This document shows positions 57,787-64,000 of a stretch of 64,000 nt of DNA, in pieces. The notes below the pieces were generated by a model. It did not search any database. It was not told the DNA's origin and was given only the letters and a program-made list of their open reading frames with translations. A program made the position numbers and the translations under genes. Origin of the DNA: Lingula anatina (Eukaryota; Animalia; Brachiopoda); NCBI GenBank assembly GCA_051362555.1, contig CM120649.1, positions 6,758,001 to 6,822,000 on the forward strand. The letters run 5' to 3'. The number at the start of each line of letters is the position of its first letter. The first letter of the stretch is position 1.

Positions 57787-58875
57787 ATTTACTAAACTTG
57801 TAACCGACTTCCTGTATGACATCTCATCATTATGGTGTATCAAGCCGACTAAAGTTGTGTCATCGGCAAACTTCATTAAAAATGTATTTTCCTCCCTCGC
57901 CACACAGTCGTGGGTGAATAACGTATATAAACAAGGTGATAAGACGCAGCCCTGGGGTGTGCCAGTGTTTAAAACTACAGTGTCCGAGAAGTTAAAACCG
58001 ACTTTTACTGACTGTTTTCTGTTTAAAAGAAAATCTAAAATCCAATCGCAGAGTGCTGGTGGAAAATTAAGATCATCCAAAAGTTTAAAATACAATTTGC
58101 TTGGTACAATAGTATTAAATGCTGAGGCATTTTTACAATCGAGATGTTCGAGAACTTTGTGTAAACACATAGAAAGAGCATCGTCTACACTTCTGTTACT
58201 GCGGTAGGCAAATTGGAGTGGATCAAAGCTATTTGGCACTAAAGTTTTAATAAAAGACAAAACAAGTTTTTCGAATATCTTCATAGGCACCGGTGTCAAA
58301 GCAACAGGACGGAGATCATTTAAATTCTCTACAGTTTTACTTTTTGGCACAGGTATGATGGTTGCTGTCTTCCATATTTCAGGCACTCTGCACATTTCAA
58401 TTGACCAGTTGAATATTTCCGTGAACACATCTGAAAGCTGGGCTGCGCATTCCTTTAAAAGTCGTGATGTTATACCGTCAGGGCCTGGAGCTTTCCTGGT
58501 GTTTAAAGCCGAGAAATAACACTTGACTTGCCATGATTGAATAGTAAATGGCGGCACGCGCTCCCCTAGGGTTGGTGTGTGGACCTGAGTGTGGTTGGTC
58601 CTATCAAAACGAAAATAAAACTCATTCAACTTGTTAGGGAGTGTGGAGTCCTCTGTATCAACGGTACGTCTGGACCCTTGACACTGTGTGACCAGAGCGA
58701 TATTGTCCCAGAGATCCTTTGCACTATTGGACTGGAATTTCTGTTCGATTTTTGAATTCATCTTTTTCTTTGCTTTTTTGATGGCAATTTTTAGGTCCAA
58801 TTTTGTTTTACGATATGCTGCAACATTTGTTTCTTTCTCACGGTACGCTTGGTCTTTAGCCTTTATAAGAGTCTA
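57787..58875 (-). mobile_element. Rex1/Babar-type LINE, 5' part (RT N-terminal to FADD), 5'-truncated
   Basis: KAPGPDGI, LNDLRPVALTPV.MK.FEKL, DPLQFAYR, GTPQGCVLSP, KFADDTT. An in-frame deletion removes RT motif A (HLDCKNA|SAFNT). Confidence 0.88.
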
Positions 58876-60419
58876 TGACTAAGTATGAGACCCAACTGTA
58901 GAGGGTAATATTTAACTAGGAGCAGATTGAAGATTCCTATGTACACAGAATTCGTCGGAAAAAGATAACGTTACGTTCCCACATAGCTTTATGCCACACA
59001 CTGTGTACACAGTAGTACTTAGGGGTGGGCAAATGAAAACTTTTTGGGGAAAGGATGAGTGCGAATAAGGGGGTAAAAGTGCCCACTTTTGTACATGAAA
59101 AATAAATTGTGAATGAATGGAAAAAAATTGATGCCAAATTAAAGTTGGGGTCTTACACTTTTATATTCCACTTAAAAAAATTATTTTTATTGAATTTGAA
59201 ATATGAAAAATTAATGTCAAAATGACCTTGTCAACAATTCATGAAAATGTGTGTTTTTTTTTTTTTTTTGGGGGGGGGGGGGTCTGAATTGCAATGCTAC
59301 GTATCTTTAGTTACAGCTAAGATCTAATAAACGGATATATTAGATCTTAGGTTACAGTAAGGTGACAACTGTGAAATTTTGTAATTGGGTACAGAAGGTG
59401 ACCATGTAAAAAAGTAAGGCAACATGTGGCCAATCATTGTTTGTGATCAATATTTTGATTGCTTTATTTATACATATAGTGCTAATTGAAAGAAGAATCT
59501 TACAGTGACTTGAGGATAAAAGATGTTCATTTTTTATATGAGCCCCTGCCTCAGACAAGCTAATTATCCATGGTTGAAAAGATATGAATATAAGGTGAGA
59601 TATATGTGAAAATCAGCTTATCTGAGGGTTGGGCTCGATATGTACTCAAACTAAATAGGGACATTTTCAGTCCATATGCTAGCAGGTGGCCATGTTTATT
59701 CCTGCCATGAGGTAGCTGCCACATGCTTACTTAGGATGGCTAGGCAGATACAGTGAAACTTTTGTACAAAAAGAACAACCCAAAATAAAATGTAGGTCTT
59801 TGAAAATAGGGGTTAGAGTCAGTAAAATATTTTTAATTACAACCAAAAAAGTCATTTTCATATATGTAATGCATGCTATCATAAAAAAAAAAAAAGGAAA
59901 TATGGATAGGAAATAGAGTCCAAATACAGTAAGTATATCTTACTTTCATTCTTATTTCTTAGGATAAAGAAAGATTAAATGTAAAATGTGCTTCAGATAT
60001 TCAAAGTTATATTAATTATCATAATAGCAGATGTACATTGTGGTGGCTCCTACTTTATATAGAGACCCATGCATGCTGTAATAGACCTCTACACATAAGG
60101 GTGGCTAAACCCAACCCCCTCTAATGGGCATGAAAGTACATTTTGTACAACCAAAATTGTTGTGTAAATGTCCTCTTTCATGTCTATTTTGCATAAAAAG
60201 TAAAATAAAAGGCTCTCTCACACACACCCTAGTTTTGTTACTTATGACCTAATCTTCCACACCAGCACTATTCATAATAGCTTAATTTGCAGAGTTTTTT
60301 TTTTCTTCTTTTTTTTCGCCAAAATGCTATGAATGGCTTTATTTGTCAGTGAAAACCTATTGACTTGGTAAATAGTCCATACAAGAGACCACCAACCTAT
60401 AATAATTACCAGAAGTTTA

Positions 60420-60690
60420 CCAGATAAAGCAAGCTAGCCAATATACCGATGAGCATCTGCTAGATGGCCAGTTTGAAATTAGTGTATGCAAGAATGCACC
60501 TGATTTAATCAGAGCCAAAATAGTTAATTAAGACACACATCTAGCCACCAGTACACATTATGGATTCAGACCTCCCATAGCAAAACTAGACCCATCAGTG
60601 GCGGGTACTGACAGTGTAAAGCTGGTTCCAAGACAGTTGGAAGCTGTGCACATATCGCTTCAGTCCTGTGGTATATGGGGTTTGACATGA
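60420..60690 (+). pseudogene. Decayed transposase C-terminus with SWIM finger (tentatively IS5/Harbinger-related)
   Basis: QIKQASQYTDEHL...DLIRAKI, frameshift, RHTSSHQYTLWI...GY*QCKAGSKTVGSCAHIASVLWYMG. Confidence 0.65.
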
Positions 60691-62828
60691 GGCAGGGATA
60701 CAATCGAAAATTGTTGTGGAGAAGGCTGTTTGGATACCTCACATTTACCAACATCAAGTGGTGACAGTATTAGCAAGACAAATGTGTTTCGGACAGCACA
60801 TCTGATTAATTATCTATTGTTTCATTATACATTTTTTTAATACTCATATTTGTATATTTTGTATAAAATAATTCTTGAATTGCATTCTATACAAGGTCTT
60901 TATCATTACATAATCATATATGAAGTACTTTTTAGGTGATTTAATTTCATTGTCATACAGATTATTGGCCATAACTGTTATTATGTGTACTATATTTTCA
61001 TTTAGTTTTTAGTTATACCTTATCATTATTTTGGTGCAATTTATACCTTGTTTATTTTATGGTTTATGGAAACATTCCAAAAAGCTGTTTAGAGTGCTTT
61101 TACACATGCTTTTTTTGTTGTTACTGTAATAGCCTTTTGCTTTTAGCATTTTTTACTATTCCTTAGAAATGTGTATTGGTTAAAAATACAATTATTTAGA
61201 CCAACAAATGCTGGTCTGTGAGAAAAGTTATATAAAATTAATAAATACGCTGAAACAAGTTTTTCTAGTAACAAGACTTTTATACAGTTAAGTGAATTCA
61301 GTGATGGCTTCTGTGAGAAAATACCGTAATATACCACCCCTCCCTCTCTTATCTAGAATAAAAAAAAAAAAAACAATAATTATTTTCCCATTTACTTGTG
61401 CCACACCACAATTATTTAACATATAACTCTTTTTTGCATCACAAGACAAGTTTCATTAGAAAAAAATCGTTTATGTAACAGGTAAATGCTGAAACAAGTT
61501 GCTCTGATTCATTAGACTGCATACAACAGGTAAATCCGGCTACCCCCCCCCCCCCCCACATATAACTCATTAAAATACTAAGTTACAATGCCTCAAACCA
61601 AATAATATTTTTCCATGCAACAATTATATGCATAACCTTTATAATAGCAAATTATTTTTAAATTTTGAAGATGGGCACTTTGCCAATGGTTATTCGCACT
61701 CATCCTTTAATTTCAGACAAGTAGATTCTAAGGCCATTTTGGCTGCTGAATACAAATCTAATAAGTATTTTCATTTTAAATTAATCTGATATTGGTATCA
61801 AGTGATTTTTCAAAATGACCACCAAACGCTCCCTCAAATCACATATTTCTCATGTAAATCTTTAGATATCAGTTCAAAAATGACTTGTTATATGTCTAAC
61901 CATATGATTTCATGATCAATGAGCGCAAATAGATACATCATTTCGGTTGGGTCACTTCATTTTGGGTTAAAAAGAGGATTTTTTGGTTATTTTGAGGTAT
62001 AAATCACCCCAAAATCACCATTTCCGAGTACATAAATACAAATGTTTATATGCAACTGTGGCTTCTAAATTAGGAAAAACAATAATACAACAAATATGGT
62101 CAATATTGTTCAAGGATCACATGAAACTGAAAAGTTTTGACATATAGAATAGGCATAATGTTAGTTACATACGGGAATATTTACAGTAGAACACTCAGAG
62201 CATTAAGGATATTGTTACTCTTTATTACCATCCAGATACCGAAAATGAGTTTTTTCCCGCATCTAATTATTCAATAATGTATCTGTCTTTGCGCTGCTTT
62301 GAAACAATGAAAAAACTCTTGAAAATATGAAATATCGGCGTTTATATTTTTTCGTTGCAATGTATAAGCATAAGCAACTCAAAGCTTTTATCACGAAAAT
62401 TGGCCAATGGACCACAAGGGCATGAGCTACAATCCCATGCCAACGTTTTGGTATAAATGCTTTTGTTATGGAGTTATGAGTCCGTAATGACAGATCTTCT
62501 AAAAACAAAGGTTTATTTTGCTTTATCAACGATCAAATCTGAACTAAGGCTTTAAAAAATCGCTGACAGGGTTTTGGGGTACTAAATGGTGTCATTAAAA
62601 TGGCTTTGAAATAGTGATCACGGGTGTTCAGGTAAAACAGAAATTTGAGAAACCCATTTAATTCAGTTTTTACCCCCAAACTGCAATTATGCCGTCACCC
62701 GTAAGATGACATGTGTAAATGTTAATTACTTTAATCACTGAACACTGAAAATATATTTACCCTGTATCACCGAAAAGAATAAGGAGTTTTGGGTGAACGG
62801 TCACAATATCCTTATTGTCTTAATTTAT

Positions 62829-63532
62829 AACCTAGTCACACTAGAGGCGGAATGAGCTAGAATGTAGTCGGAATGAAAATTTCTTGTTTATTCCTGGATA
62901 TTTGAAGTATGTAAAAATTCTAAGCGCATTCTAAATGTTTGGGTCCATTCTTGCAACCTGTTAAAATGTTTTGCTCATTCTCAAAACTTTCGAAGTGCAT
63001 TCCAAGTGGAAAAATATCGAATGGCATTCAAGTGTATTCAAACTGCACTATGAGCGCATTCTTAAGATTCTTACGAAATTCCAACAGCATTCGAAACATT
63101 TTGATCACATTCGAGGGAGAACCGAAATGGCAAGGCGCTTCAAATCTTGTCAGAATGTTCCACATTGTGCTCCCAATGAGTAGGAATGCAACTCGAATGC
63201 ATCTTGATTGCAGGCCGGAATTCAGCCAGCAATGAAACCACACTTGTATGGCATTTGAAGTGCACTATAAATATTCTCACTATATTTAGACAGCATTAAC
63301 GATATTCCTAATGTGTTCCAACTACATTCGAGCTGCATTTGAGAGCTAATACAATACAACTGAAATGTGCACGAATCATTCCAGGTGGGTTCGAAGCGCA
63401 TTCTGAGGTATTCTTACTGGAATTAAGGTCAATTTGATATTACCCAACGAATGTGGCGCGAATTTTGAAAATTCTTCATTATGGCTCATTCTGCTTGATT
63501 ACTTCAGATTCCAAATAAGTGTGACAGGGGGC
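62829..63532. mobile_element. Harbinger-like MITE of about 700 bp
   Basis: Ends CCTAGTCACACT and AGTGTGACAGGGGG. Interior rich in GAATG/CATTC semi-palindromic motifs. No coding capacity. Confidence 0.7.
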
Positions 63533-64000
63533 TTTACAGTGCCTTCTGGTCTCAGGGTATTTCTTGTTGATGCTTTCATGGTGGTGGTGAGATACTCTTA
63601 AACTACACAACTGAATCTAAGTACTATTCCAAGGTCAGGAGCTTGGAGGTTGTAAGAGGTTGATGTCACCTGACAAAGTTTTACCTGTTCTGAAGAAAAT
63701 GAAAATTATACAGCATAAAATTTGTTGGTACTACACATCCATGAAGGTATTTTCAGCATTGTTTTTATACCAAACTGTAATCCATGAATTCAGTATGTAC
63801 ATAATGGCCATTATTTATATTTATCTTAGGCTCGAAGTGTGTATTTTATGTATATGTTTGTTTTAAATAACATATTTTTACAGATGTCACCCTAACAATA
63901 CTGCCAATGTCTTGAATATGCTCATATTTGAACTCAGCAACCCTCAAAACATATAGAAAGACATATTACACATCATTTTTATGTATACTGAACAAAAATA

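Noticed and set aside
63540-63692. Exon-like minus-strand block
   Set aside because: Stops in the frames I read and no recognisable product.

Overview
AT-rich, intron-containing animal genomic DNA, probably an invertebrate such as a mollusc or other lophotrochozoan (inferred only from composition, repeat types and gene structure). Host genes: a tandem pair of intact ENOX1/2-like genes on the minus strand (CDS 10129-18871 and 20351-29048), mannose-6-phosphate isomerase MPI (+, 30636-35021) head-to-head with the upstream ENOX copy, and PCID2 (-, 37112-43558) with a U12 AT-AC intron. The right third is mostly transposons: a 5'-truncated LINE with an open RT frame, and a nest in which a Rex1/Babar LINE is split by a decayed ISL2EU-like element, itself split by an apparently intact 5.85-kb ISL2EU-like element. 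The most striking structure is in that intact element. Its spliced THAP-DDE transposase gene (-) and its spliced SWIM-YqaJ nuclease gene (+) are mutually interleaved, so each catalytic last exon lies inside an intron of the other gene. Other notable items: a perfect 40-bp inverted repeat bracketing the in-frame catalytic exon 6 of MPI, a MITE inserted into a PCID2 splice donor, a probable gene-conversion tract and a candidate poison exon in the ENOX pair, and a 757-bp foldback element with an 8-bp TSD. All exon models and identities were read by eye, with no alignments or database searches.
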